From NCBI RefSeq assembly GCF_001194135.2, contig NC_068989.1:5070134-5134133 (forward strand): a stretch of 64,000 bases of DNA, in the 5' to 3' direction. Shown here one piece after another: positions 49,301 through 60,294 of this stretch; positions within the stretch are counted from its first letter, which is position 1; each line of letters starts with the position of its first letter. The position numbers and the translations under genes were made by a program. Source of the stretch: Octopus bimaculoides. Lineage: Eukaryota. The notes beneath the pieces are model-generated. The model made no database searches, was not told where the DNA came from, and saw only the letters and a list, made by a program, of their open reading frames with translations.

Positions 49301-52300
49301 AAAGTAAAAGACAAAAAATATTTGTGGGTTTAAAGTATACATGTAACATGGTTATACATACATAAATAATCAGCATCAATTAATGTTCAGTCTTCCATGC
49401 TTGCATGGGTCAGACAGAATTTGTTGAGGTAGATATTCTATGGTTGGGTGCCCTTCCTATCACCAACCCTCACCTGTTTCCAAGCAAGGAAATGTTTTTT
49501 CATAGCAACACATTTTCCATAGAGGACTGGAAATGGACATCCGTGATTGCATGAGGGCGATGCTTCTTTTTACAACCATCAACTGATGTCAAGACAAGGG
49601 CAGACACAATCTACCTACCTATGACAAGCTTTCTATTTCTATCATTCAAGTCCTCTCACAAGGCTTTGAGGTTATAGCAGAAGGCACTTGGCCTCTTCTT
49701 ATTTCTTTACTGCCCACAAGGGGCTGCACACAGAAAGGACAGACAAACGGATTAAGTCGATTATATCGACCCCATTGCATAACTGGTACTTATTTAATCG
49801 ACCCCGAAAGGATGAAAGGCAAAGTCGACCTCAGCGGAATTTGAACTCAGAACGTAGCGGCAGGCAAAATACCGCTAAGCGTTTTGCCTGGCGTGCTAAT
49901 GTTTCTTCCAGCTCGCCGCCTTTCTAGGTGCCTCTTGGTGGGACTGAACCTGGGACCACATGCTTGGGTAGTACACACTCATACCTGCACATATGGCGTG
50001 TGTGTGTGTGTGTGTGTGCATATGGAGAGAGAGACCTTGTTTACTATAATTACTCACAAAAACACATGACGGCAACCAAAGACTAAACTAATCCTTAATT
50101 TAAAAGAAAAGGTTTTATCTCTAAAAGATAAGTCTAATAATGCAAAATATTATAATCCCAAGACTTCAGAGCTTAGAGACAAAAGACCAAACAAGGTAAT
50201 GAAGAAAATAGGCAGGTGTACTTGAGTTTATTTCTATGAAGGTCTCAATTTGAAAGCTGTTAAGTTTCATGTTGAATAAGAATAAAAAGGGGTTGATTAC
50301 TTAAACACAGATTTGTTAGAACAAAGCTATAAGAACATTATATATAATTATGCGATGATATAATATGGTATGCTAAGAAGCAAGGAGAAGCGAGTTAGTA
50401 ATGCGTTAAACTAGGTTAAATTCTGTACAGCATGGTAAAATTTAAGGTTAAGAAGGCCTGGAGCATTTTCAGGCTGTTCACCAATAACATCTATGTATTT
50501 CAAAACAATTACATGAGCCATTGAAGAAATGTTTATGAGGTCAGTAAACTTGCTAGAAATAGCAGCTAAATTTCCCTCGAATTACACCCAGCTGTTTAAA
50601 AAAAAAAAGGTTATATAAAATAATGATGCCTTAGATAAATTACGATATTTGATGGTGTATAAAATGTCTCGAAAATTCACTCAGACAAAGGGATTAAGTC
50701 GATTACATCGACCCCAGTGCGTAACTGCACTTAATTTATCGATCCCGAAAGGATGAAAGGCAAAGTCGACCTTGGCAGAATTTGAATGTTGGGGAGGATT
50801 AAGTTGATTACATCGATCCCAGTGCATAACTGGTACTTATTTAATCAACCCCGAAAGGATGAAAGGCAAAGTCGACCTCGGCAGAATTTGAACTCAGAAT
50901 GTAAAGATGGACGAAATACCACTAAGCATTTCACCCAGCGTGCTAACAATTCTGCTAATTCATCACCTTGAAAATAATAATAATAATAGCACCTTGGGCA
51001 GGTGTCTTCTGTCATAGCCCCAAACTGACGAAAGCTTTCTCAGTGGATTTGGTAGGGAGAAACTGAAAGAATACTCTCGTGTGTGTGTGTGTCCTCGTCT
51101 CAACACTGCGTGATTGTTGTAAAATGGTTGTCAACTGTTATTCAAAGCAGCATCATTCATTTGCAGTATTCTGGAAAAGCATGTCTGGCCATGGGAAAAT
51201 ATTACCTTGCTTGGAAACAATTTTCAGCCGTAGAAAATCTGTCTCAATAAATTCTCTCTGACCCATGTAAGCATGGACAAGTGGACATTAATGTGATAAT
51301 GATGATGGTAGATTCAAGAGGAAATGAAACGAAAAGTCAACCCAAGAGCTATTTGAACTTGAAGAAACTCAATTTAAAATGGAAGTCCACAAGATGCCCC
51401 TCCCTGTCACCAGCCCTCACCTGTTTCCAAGCAAGGTAATATTTCCCATAGAACAATGGGAATGAACACCTTCACTTGTATGACAATGATACTTGTTTAC
51501 AACCACCATGTGATATCAAGACAAAGGTATACACACACACACAGATGGTGGCTTTTTTCACTTTCATCAAGCAAATCTGCTCGCAAGGAAGTGATCGACC
51601 CAGGGCTATGGCAGAAGACACGAGCCCAAAGTGCCATGCAGTGGGACTGAACCCGGAACCATTTGGTTGGGAAGCAAGCTTCTCAACTGTACAGCCTCAT
51701 CTTTACTTAAAATTGAGGAATAAAATCTGCAGGCAGAGTTTTGACTTACAGACAACGCCTTTGTGTTTGGGTGAGTCTGTATTATTGCTCCAGGAGATCT
51801 TCTGTAGAGCAAGTTCTATTGTATCCCCTTTTTGTAGGGGTTGATGGTGAAGAAGGATCAAGTGATCCAAGGGAGATGTAGAAAGCAGTGATGAAGGCTG
51901 ATATCGAGATAAAAGGAGCTCAAGGAGAAGATGACAAAGGATTGCAACGAATCTCAAAATCCTGTGGTGGAGGATATCTGCCGTACCCATGGGTAAACGG
52001 ACATAAAATTATAGTGACGGTGGTAATGATGATGGAAGATAAGTAAAATAGGGGTGGGGGTGCATGCACAAGGTATAAGAATGAATCAGCTAGGGAAATG
52101 GAAAGCAGTGAGAACGGAAGCTTAAGACCAAAAACTCAAACCAAAGCAGAATGCGTGTGAGAGAGGGCATAGGGGGGAAAGAGAGAGTAAGAGAGAGGGT
52201 GAGAGTGTAAGAGAAAGAGAGAGATAACAAAAGGGAATGAGAGAGAGAGAGAGAGAGAGACAACAAGAAAGAGACAGAGCAAAGGAAAGAGAAAGAGAGA

Positions 52301-52590
52301 ACAAGAGAAAGAGAAAGAGAAACAAGAAGAAAAAAAGGATAGGCAAGTAAAAGGACACGATATAAGGGTCACCTAGTAAACTTACCAAAGAATGTGTAGA
52401 CAATTCCAAAGAGAAAACACATGGAACATATCACAGCTGGAATGACTGTGTAGTCATAATCAATCTTGGCACAGCGTGCAGGCCTCCGACTCGGGCTCAT
52501 GCTTATATTGTTTGGGAACACTGTGGTTCTAAACATTAATTGTGGAAGTGGGTGGTTTACGTGTGGTGGTGACAGCTCCGATGTCTCCAT
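20425..52590 (-). CDS. TMEM198: Transmembrane protein 198, spliced CDS join(52590-52386, 49297-48734, 30247-30117, 20544-20425), 1020 nt = 339 aa + stop
   Basis: The joined translation carries motifs I recognise from TMEM198: VIPAVICSMCFLFGIVYTFFG|YRFFKAVMFLTGF...LDYFIE...PPCWYSWLILGCWP...QWRITG...RRFNGDVISQ|NYIQS (human, from memory: [32 protein letters not shown]...KRFNGDVLSPSYIQS). All introns are GT-AG with matching phases 1, 1, 0. Confidence 0.95.
20778..21025 (-). mobile_element. tRNA-derived SINE with (AAT)n middle and Penelope-like hammerhead-type 3' end
   Basis: Head ATGGCATAGTGGTTAAG...AAGTTCGATTCC (A/B boxes). Tail GACACCTGATGAAGGCTG...CAGCCAAAATGTTG...GAGGACAAATATCCATCAAATGTAAAT. 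Confidence 0.7.
21095..21318. mobile_element. piggyBac-like MITE copy
   Basis: taaaCCCTTTAGCAT...ATGCTAAAGGGttaa terminal inverted repeats. Confidence 0.75.
22940..23390. repeat. Compound (GAT)n/(GGT)n low-complexity tract
   Basis: Directly visible trinucleotide runs. Confidence 0.9.
24240..24410. repeat. About 24-bp purine-rich minisatellite (GGAGACCAAAGATGGAAAAGGGGA)n inside an AG-rich tract at 23850-24730
   Basis: About 6 imperfect units visible. Confidence 0.75.
25245..25620 (-). mobile_element. tRNA-derived SINE family D (CORE-like central motif)
   Basis: Central TGTG(T/C)(T/C)CTTGAGCAAGACACTT-type motif. Related copies at about 10455, 27560, 38606, 39365 and 40380. Confidence 0.65.
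27800..27990 (+). mobile_element. RTE-like LINE C-terminal remnant
   Basis: EHCGYVIRILQERSARWILEAKPAG, then after a frameshift GGPRTRWLD. Confidence 0.55.
29286..29664 (+). mobile_element. tRNA-derived SINE family A, full length
   Basis: A box TGGCTGTGTGG, B box GGGTTCAGTCC, internal (TG)n, 3' ...GACTGAAAC..GTAAAAGAG. Many other copies (about 2275, 12290, 16520, 29735, 32186, 38813, 39940, 45380, 45555, 51520, 53265, 63030). Confidence 0.85.
30117..30247 (-). CDS. TMEM198: TMEM198 coding exon 3 (ILQNKRSRKVNLQRIRAKQKREQQQSRYRHLYQVRRFNGDVISQ)
   Basis: Acceptor (t)n-gcag|TTTTACAG; donor TCTCAG|gtatgt; contains the conserved RFNGDV motif. Confidence 0.93.
30301..30495. mobile_element. Tc2/pogo-like MITE, second copy, about 50 bp from the TMEM198 exon-3 acceptor
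   Basis: ta-CCGTATTTTGATGGCACATAAGATGCAC...GTGCGTCTTTTATGCCATCAAATATGG. Confidence 0.65.
31022..31376. mobile_element. Foldback MITE, second copy
   Basis: TTTGTTATATCTTGGGTGGGTCA at the left end; TGACCCTCCCAAGATACAACAAA at the right end. Confidence 0.75.
32801..33046 (-). mobile_element. SINE/LINE-tail family C with (GAT)n 3' tail
   Basis: CATCATCGTTTAACATCTGCTTTCCATGCTAGCATGGGTTGGACG... Other copies at 18257-18344, 27300-27520 (plus) and degenerate ones at about 46610, 46890, 49385 and 51260. Confidence 0.75.
34128..34430. repeat. (TG)n / gap / (AG)n compound microsatellite
   Basis: Directly visible. Many other (TA)n, (TG)n, (CA)n, (AG)n and (AAT)n runs occur throughout (e.g. 1-48, 700-930, 19420-19750, 20330-20390, 52180-52330). 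Confidence 0.95.
34509..34717. mobile_element. piggyBac-like MITE (TTAA-CCC...GGG-TTAA)
   Basis: ttaaCCCCTTAGCATT...AATGTTGAAGGGttaa. Same family at about 3726-3928, 21095-21318 and (split) 39297-39820. Confidence 0.75.
35099..38208 (-). CDS. Large intronic coding exon with decapeptide repeat: candidate alternative terminal exon of TMEM198 (or nested gene using ATG 38137, 1012 aa)
   Basis: Frame is open from 38212 to TAG at 35101-35099. Acceptor acttctgcctttttttgatcag|GACTTTGG at 38209/38208 is phase 1, matching the exon-2 donor (A+GA = Arg). No indel, TE or microsatellite interrupts the 3.1 kb. Confidence 0.75.
35161..37620 (-). repeat. 30-bp coding minisatellite, 82 units in unbroken register, consensus GGA TCT TAT TCT GGT ACA GAC GTT GAC CAG (GSYSGTDVDQ)
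   Basis: Columns stay aligned across consecutive 60-nt lines; degenerate units continue on both sides (to about 35130 and 37860). Confidence 0.98.
38246..38460 (+). mobile_element. SINE family B, just upstream (in gene direction) of the candidate repeat-exon acceptor
   Basis: GTGGCAAGCTGACAGAA...GAGTTCAAATCC...GGTCAACTTTGCC. Confidence 0.7.
39297..39820. mobile_element. piggyBac-like MITE interrupted by a SINE at 39365-39677
   Basis: The MITE halves rejoin across a duplicated TTTTGAATTAAT(C/T)A. Confidence 0.75.
39365..39677 (+). mobile_element. SINE family D-type copy nested in a MITE, with 14-bp TSD
   Basis: GTGTGGCTTGCTGGTTAGGG...GGGTTCAATCC head; flanked by TTTTGAATTAAT(C/T)A on both sides. 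Confidence 0.75.
42070..42314. mobile_element. hAT-type MITE
   Basis: CAATGTTACTCAACC...GGTTGAGAACCACTG. Confidence 0.6.
42715..42948. mobile_element. hAT-type MITE (related to 3995-4299)
   Basis: CAGTGGTTCTCAGC...GGTTGAGAAGCACCG; flanks ATCCAGAT / AGACAGAT resemble a decayed 8-bp TSD. Confidence 0.65.
44195..44460 (-). mobile_element. SINE family A, internally deleted
   Basis: Head and tail both match the family. Confidence 0.75.
48734..49297 (-). CDS. TMEM198: TMEM198 coding exon 2 (multi-TM core, 564 nt)
   Basis: Acceptor cttttactttcag|GTTACCGA; donor CACGAAA|gtaagt; hydrophobic TM-rich translation; phase 1 at both ends. Confidence 0.97.
49765..49921 (-). mobile_element. SINE family B in TMEM198 intron 1
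   Basis: Matches the family consensus; CpGs retained. Confidence 0.8.
52386..52590 (-). CDS. TMEM198: TMEM198 coding exon 1 (METSELSPP...GIVYTFF-G)
   Basis: ATG at 52590 in gttATGG context, with an in-frame TGA upstream. Donor TTTG|gtaagt, phase 1. Confidence 0.9.
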
Positions 52591-52787
52591 AACTTCAACG
52601 GTTAAAACACATCGGAACTTTTTGGACAGATTTCTGTTATGTTTCTCTCTCTCTCACCCCTTTCTTTTCTTTTTGTGAGAAAAAGGGGTTCTTTTCTTTT
52701 TTGTTTTTTTTTCCTCCTTTTTAGTTTTACTCGATTACTGTTGCCATAATAAACCAATGAATGGATTGGTTGGTCAGGGTTTCAAAT
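52591..52787 (-). other. TMEM198: 5'-UTR part of TMEM198 coding exon 1, bounded by a splice acceptor at 52788
   Basis: Minus strand ttttttcttcttgtatatttccag|ATTTGAAACC implies at least one upstream non-coding exon. Confidence 0.6.
52727..52747 (-). promoter_or_regulatory. Upstream ORF (MATVIE*) in the TMEM198 5' UTR
   Basis: attATGG (A at -3, G at +4), then GCA ACA GTA ATC GAG TAA; it ends 136 nt before the main ATG. Confidence 0.5.
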
Positions 52788-54912
52788 CTGGAAATATACA
52801 AGAAGAAAAAAACAATTAATAACAAAAATTAATTATATGTAAAAAAAGAAAACATTAAGGTAGTGCTCGAGCATGACCACACTCAAGGCAGTGCCCCAGC
52901 ATGGCCACAATCTAATGACTAAAACAAGTAAAAAAATAAAAGACTGGTTCAAATGTAGAACAGAATCCTCATTATCTCTCATTAATGCTGTAATGAGACT
53001 TTTTTAATTGAGGTTTTAATTCAAATACGAACACTTAGTGAGTTGGTATAAAAAAGCTTAAAAGAAGAGTATTAGTACATTACATATATTTTACTCCATC
53101 AGAGATAAAAGACAAAATAGATTCTCTCTCTCTCTCTCATCAATTAATTACCCAGAAAACAAAGCCTGAATTTTATATTGATTCCTTATATAGGACAGAG
53201 GAATAAGAGCTAAAAGAAATGGAATAAACAGGCATTTCAGAAAAAAAAAATTGTCTTTATATAGGCATAGTGATGGCTGTGTGGTTAACAAGCTTGTTTT
53301 GTAACCATGTGGGTTTGGGTTCAGTCTCACAGCACAATACCTTGGGCAAGTGATTTTTATTATAGTAATGGTTCAACCAATGCCTTGTGGGTGAAGCCCA
53401 TCATTTATATACATGTGTGTGTGTGTGTGTGCTTGACCCCATGCTAGTTTGTTTATATCTCTGTAACTTAATGGTTCAGCAAAAAGGCACCAGTAGAATA
53501 AGTACCACACCTAAAAAATAAGTACTGAGGATGAACTATTTGACTAAAAAAAACCCTTCAAGGTGGTGCTCCAGCATGACCATAGTCTAATAACTGAAAG
53601 AAGTAAAAAAAAAAAAAAAAAAAGCTTGGTGAATGCAGTTAGAATCAGTGCATCCCAACTTTATGTTACTCACAGACCTGGGCCTAAATTCTTGCTTCAT
53701 ATTGGACTCTACTAAAACGGTACCCGAGGACTGCGCGGTTGTGATTATCTGGGTTACCACTGTAGTGGGGATTCAAAACCTAGCCGCCTAGATACTTGGT
53801 CAGACGCCATCAGTGAACCACAGCAATTTCATGTGATCAGACTATAAACTGACCAATCACCATGAAGCTGTGGAGTGATATAGTTTCCTTGAATGTTCTA
53901 AAGTTTGACTTCTTGTCTCCAATAAGAACCGTTTTTGACACTTTCCTAATTGCTGTGAGATGAAGGTGGCTGACTGACTCACACACCTATTCATGCCAGG
54001 CAGATGGCCAATGGACTGTTGATCGCTTCAGCAATTTGGGCAGACGACTTCATATATTTTGGACTGACCACCTGATGTCACACGGCTTTCTATATTTCCA
54101 GTGCAGTTTTCCTCTCCTCTCATTCAGCAATTATCAATGGTGTTCATCACAATTTGCTAACACCAAATATCTTTATAACCAGCACAAAATATTACAGTTT
54201 ATTTCAACTATTATTCACGCAGCCAAAGGAATATGTCTTCGTTGACCAGCTGAACTCAAGCGTCAGCAAAACGCCTCGTGACACCACCCTAAAACATGTT
54301 CATCCATCAGATAGACCTCTGGAGTTTTGTGAATCTAATTTCTCTCGAGTTCGGGTTGAGCTGAGGCCTTGAGAGAAGACGCTAGCCTAGTGGCGTGTTG
54401 CACATTAAGATCTATCCAAGAATGGTGGTTGCAAAAGGAACGCCATAACCACACATCCAGGCAAGCGCTCATTTTAGCTAGGAACTCACTTGTTACTCTA
54501 TAGTGATTAAAAAAGATGCTAGTGAATACAGAATGCCACACACAAAGGTTGCGTTCCTAATATATCATTAAAAATCCATATCTTCCTTTACCAAATTTAT
54601 TTTCCATTTTTTTCTCAAAATTAAATAAGTTATGTACACACACACACACACACACATTCTCTTTCACATGCACACTCACAGATGTACGTATATTATTTGT
54701 ATGCAAAGTATAATAGACATATATGTATAAACTTGTGTACACATGCATAATTAACATACACATTTCTTTTCCCTTTACATACGCAGACATACACATAAAT
54801 GTATGGACAGCGTGTGCATGTACATAACAAAATATGTATATATTAACGTGTGTACATAATAAACATACAAGCATATATGTATGATAAACAACTAGACTAT
54901 ATAAATATACAT

Positions 54913-54947
<35 letters not shown>

Positions 54948-56942
54948 GTGCATTACAAGTATATACACATGGAAGATTAATTTCTTTCTCAAATAGAAGC
55001 CACGAATATTTTTTTTATTTAGCATTTTCAATTTTATTTATTATTGTTGTGATTCTAATTTCTTGTTTATTCAAAAAATCTTCCAAAGTAAAAGAATTCC
55101 CCCCCTTTTTTTTAATTTTCTTTTTTCGTTATTTCAGACAAGTAGATGAGATATAAGAAAGACTAAATAACAATAAAGGATTTCTATTATATCTCACATG
55201 TAAATAGTGTATGGATGGTGGGTAGGTGGAAAGGGGTGGAGGGCAGTCGACCAGGATCTGACTTTCAGTTAGGATCTAGAGGAACCCCACCCCCTCCTCC
55301 TTATTCAAATAAATCAGGCTCTGACACCGATTGGTTGAAATGTGTGTGTGTGCATGTAATTAGATATGTGCGTGTAAGGTATGTGTGTGTTGTACATTTA
55401 TAATTTAAAGAACAAATGCGAAAAAACAAAGAAAGATATTAAATAAAAGAAATAATGAGGACGTGAAGAATGAGAACTACGAAATGATGATGATGTTCTC
55501 TTCAAACCAAACTACTAAAAGGAACGACGGAAAGGCTGAAGACTTAGACTTGTCATAACGATGTAGTTTCTTTTCTTGAATCTCTCTCTGTCTCTCTTTT
55601 AAATATTACAACATACACCTTTCTTACTTTTTGCCTTTTCCCTGCTTTTCTTTTCTTTGAATGAAGCTGATATTTAGGTCACGCACATTGTGTGTGTGTG
55701 TGTGTGTGTTTGCTTATACGGAATATGTGTGTTAGATATTATCGTACTTATTTGAATATTTATACGTATTAATTAAATTCCATGCAACAATTTATTTGAG
55801 AGAGAGAGAGAGGAGGGAGAGAGAGGGGCTCATAGCAACAGACAATCGAGCGTACGCGCACACGAGCAGACAGACAGGTAAATTCGCATAACACGAGCAT
55901 TCACACACATATATAGGAGACAGATACATTTACACACACAATCAGATACATATACACAGACAGACAATTAGACGCTTATATAGACAGACACTTCACACAG
56001 ACAGGCACTGAATGACAGAAGGACCGACATTCTGCAGTTTATTATTATTCAAAGTTAGTTACTAAGATCACTAGTTAGTTACTTTTGTATACGTAGTTCA
56101 GTTAGTCGGACCCTAGGTTCAAATAACCACAATACACCGACAATATCTGTTTCGAGTCGGAACAAGTCAAATTATATTTATATATAATAGGCTTCTCTTA
56201 CCGACAAAAATGTCGCAAAACTTGACTTAAAAATGACTTAACATATTATATCGGGTGGTGCTATTAAGTTAAACACGGCCTGGGCGAATCTTTGGCCGAA
56301 ACTTACCCTATTTGATGGCAGACACAAGACACACGGGGTATATTTGATGCACCTTGATTTCAAGAGAACAGGTTCAGTAAAAAAGTGAGCGCCAGTTACA
56401 AAATTAGCCTAAGGGAAATCAAACTTCGTATTGGAGACCCTGAGGGGCGTTTTGTAATTTTTGGGGAGTGGTGCATCTTCTTAGCCAGGACTCCAGCCAC
56501 CGGGTCAGGCCGTGGATCATCTGGAACCGGGCAGCAGAGAAAGAATAAGTTTTAAAATTATATAGGCTGCGAGCTTGCAGGGTATTTTTGCATTGTTTAT
56601 GTAATAATTTATATATTATGCATTTGTTGGCGTCGTTTCCCCAGTCCGTGGTGCAAAAGTAGTCGGGAACCATTGATAAGCTATTAAATACGGTAGTTAA
56701 ATATAACCAGTTTATTATTTACAAAGTGATTAAAGTTAAAGTGTAAAGTTCAACTTGCAAAGAAGAGGGGAGAGAGAGAGAGAGGGGTAAGTAATAGAAA
56801 TAGAAAAACAAAGACAGAGAGAGAGACTGGCAGACAGAGAAAGAGTGATAGTCAGACACAGGGTCTGAGGGGGAGAGAGAGAGGTGGGGTATAAAAAGCA
56901 ATGAAATGAAAAAGCATGAAAGTTTTACATAAGCTTTCTTAC

Positions 56943-57223
56943 CTAAATTTTTCTATGAATTTTTGAAATGAAATTAAACCAATGGCAGAGACCCAAGAAA
57001 ACGGTTACTGGTGGTTACCGTTGCCGGGCCCCACCCAATAAAGGAGACGGGTGAGTGAACCCTCCAGTGAGTAGCAGAGTTAGCAAGATCGGTTATTCAG
57101 TTACTATCAATCCAGCTAACGCAAATAATATACCACGAGAAACATTATCACCGACATTGCTAACCAACAATATTATCGACATAGTATCAAGTACTCGCCC
57201 CTCCACCACCGTCCTTCCGTTAG
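56943..57223. promoter_or_regulatory. Candidate promoter / first-exon region (possibly bidirectional)
   Basis: CpG-retaining, repeat-free stretch with CCAAT at 56979 and 57035. Minus-strand donor AG|gtaaga at 56943/56942; plus-strand donor AG|gtaagt at 57223/57224. Confidence 0.35.
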
Positions 57224-57514
57224 GTAAGTTATAGCACCGACTGTGCAACTGTAGCTAGTTTCTAATGCCAAACATTTTAAAAGACAGTATTAAATATCTG
57301 TGTGTGAAATCTCTGTCCCTGAACACACTTCAGCAAAAATATTGGGATTTAGAAACTGGTAAGAGAGTACGGCGACTACACGAGTTTCTCTCTTTCTCTA
57401 TAAATCCCTCCGGGTTTTTATCGTCTGTAAAAACCTACAGACGACTAGAAACTGACTGGAGACAAAGAGAACAGTTACCTTCGAAAGTGTATGCATTATA
57501 TAATATATCATCGA

Positions 57515-57761
57515 TTTGTTTCAGTCATTGGCATGCGGCCATGCTGGGGCACTTCCTTGAAGGGTCTAATCGAATGAATCGACTCCAGTTTTTTTTTTTT
57601 TGAAGAGTAATACTTACTCTATAGTTCTTTTGCCCAACCGTTACATTACGGGGGCGTAGACAAACCAACAACGATTGTCAAGTGGTGGTGAACACACACA
57701 CACACACATACGCCGTGGGTTTCCTTCATTTTCCACCTACCAAATCCACTCACAAGACTTT
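57515..57761 (-). mobile_element. SINE family A 3' half, runs into a gap
   Basis: Matches the family 3' consensus. Confidence 0.75.
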
Positions 57762-58178
57762 NNNNNNNNNNNNNNNNNNNNNNNNNNNNNNNNNNNNNNN
57801 NNNNNNNNNNNNNNNNNNNNNNNNNNNNNNNNNNNNNNNNNNNNNNNNNNNNNNNNNNNNNNNNNNNNNNNNNNNNNNNNNNNNNNNNNNNNNNNNNNNN
57901 NNNNNNNNNNNNNNNNNNNNNNNNNNNNNNNNNNNNNNNNNNNNNNNNNNNNNNNNNNNNNNNNNNNNNNNNNNNNNNNNNNNNNNNNNNNNNNNNNNNN
58001 NNNNNNNNNNNNNNNNNNNNNNNNNNNNNNNNNNNNNNNNNNNNNNNNNNNNNNNNNNNNNNNNNNNNNNNNNNNNNNNNNNNNNNNNNNNNNNNNNNNN
58101 NNNNNNNNNNNNNNNNNNNNNNNNNNNNNNNNNNNNNNNNNNNNNNNNNNNNNNNNNNNNNNNNNNNNNNNNNNNNNN

Positions 58179-58218
<40 letters not shown>

Positions 58219-59049
58219 GTGTCTAATTCGCACATACATCCCTACATGCTTCGCTGTGAAAGTCCACTAAGAAATTCCTGTTCCCTTCACAGTATGTTTC
58301 TAATCATATGTTAAAAGCTCACTACATAAAATGTTAACACTACCTTAGCTATTGCTTTACACGAGGATGGCGGGACTGAGTAATTTAATTCCAGTGATTT
58401 TATGTGGGTGTGCGGGTATGTATGTAAATAAACATGCACACACGTGCCGGCGGTCGGTAGGAAAAGTAATGGTGATCCATCCAGTCTTGTGGGAAATTGC
58501 AGGAGATGGAGGCCCGAATTTTTGTCACAGAATAAGCAACACTCAAGGCACCCAAGGACCGAGTGAGTGGTGATATTGAAGAAACTATTTTGCAGGAGTG
58601 TAAATTCTACTCAACCAAAACTGCAATGATAAAAATTATATTTAAAAAAAAAGAGAAAGAAATCAAAACCTGTGAGAAAAAAAAAAAACATAAGAAAGAC
58701 TCCATTCCCCCTCACTGCACACTTCACGGTTGACTGGTTACCATTTAGACCATTCAAATCACACTTCATTACACACAGACACATTTTTCTTGCAGATGTT
58801 CAGGCTGGGCTTCAGTCACTCTAAAAGCCATGACTCTAAGAAGATCATTGCCTTTCATTCAAAACGTTACACACACACACACAAGTTGTGTAGAACTAAC
58901 CATGCGCGCGTGTGTGTATGTGTGCAAATACACGTAAGACTGCCAGGAGGTGCGAGAGGAGAGGCACAAGCCTAAATTAAAACCTAGCCTCCTCTCCAGC
59001 TAAATATTCACAAGTCCCATATAACAGAAGCTGTGCATCAAGGATTGGG

Positions 59050-59428
59050 AGGGCTGTGTGGTAACAAGCTTGCTTCCCAACTACATGGTTCCGGGTTCAG
59101 TCCCACTGCGTGGCACCTTGGGCAAGTGTCTTCTACTATTGCCTTGGGTCGACCAAAGCCGTGTGAGTGGATTTGGTAGACGAAAACTGAAAGAAGCCCG
59201 TAGTATGTATGTATGTATGTGTCTGTCCTCCCGCCACCGCTTGACAACCGATGTTGGTATGTTTACGTCCCCGTAACATGGCGGTTCGGCTAAAATAACC
59301 GATAGAATAAGTACTAGGCATACTAAGAATAAGTCCTGGGGGCCGATTTTGTTCGACTAAAACCCTTTAAGGCTGTGCCCCAACATGGCCGCAGTCTAAT
59401 GACAGACAAGTAAAGGATAAAAGATAAA
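59050..59428 (+). mobile_element. SINE family A, near full length
   Basis: Matches the family consensus. Confidence 0.85.
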
Positions 59429-60294
59429 CCGTAATAGGAAGGTTTTTGTACCTTGTGTGGGTCATTTGGTCAATAAGATACACACATGCTGGTTCTATTT
59501 AATTCGTTATTATTACTAATTGACCAATTAAACAATTAACTAATCAATTGATCAATCGTTCGGTCAACCAATAAATTGATCGAATGATTGGTTGATCAAA
59601 CAAAACAATCAAGTTTGATTAATCAATCAAATGATTAACTAGATAACGAGTTAACTATAATTCTTTCTAAATTTTGGCAGAAGGCCGGCAATTTTGAGAA
59701 GTGGGTTGTGGATTACACTGACCCCAGTACTCGACTGGGGTGAAAAGCCAAGTCAACCTCGGTGTGTAAAGCTTGAAATGCCGCTTTGCATTTTGTGTCC
59801 GTTTTAACCAGTTAATAATAAAACGAGTGCGTGAGATAATTTTGTTGAGAGAGAGAGAGAGAGTGTATGTGTGTGTGTTTGAATCTGCGAACAGATGTAA
59901 AAAATATTTGATATGCAATGTAGCAGAGCATATTCAGAATGGCGGGGATGGAAGCTGAGCTTTGAATAAACAAATGAATACACATCACCCTCCTCGTCAT
60001 TATCATCAATTGATGCTTGTTTTCCCCTGCTGGTAAGAGTCGTATGGGGTCCCTCTTGTTGCGACATAGCAAAGAAGAAAAGAAAACTAGGAATCTGTTG
60101 TTATTGCATATGTCATTTTTGTTTAGTTTCGTACTTTTTAAAATTTTTCTTCGACTGGATGTCCGTTTTACAGAATGCACTGGGTACATTTTATCACACA
60201 TATGCTCTGACTAAAAAGATACTTAGAAACCAAAATCTGCGAATTGAATGCAAAAACGTATATTTAACTATCCAGCAACCCCAGTAATAATCCT

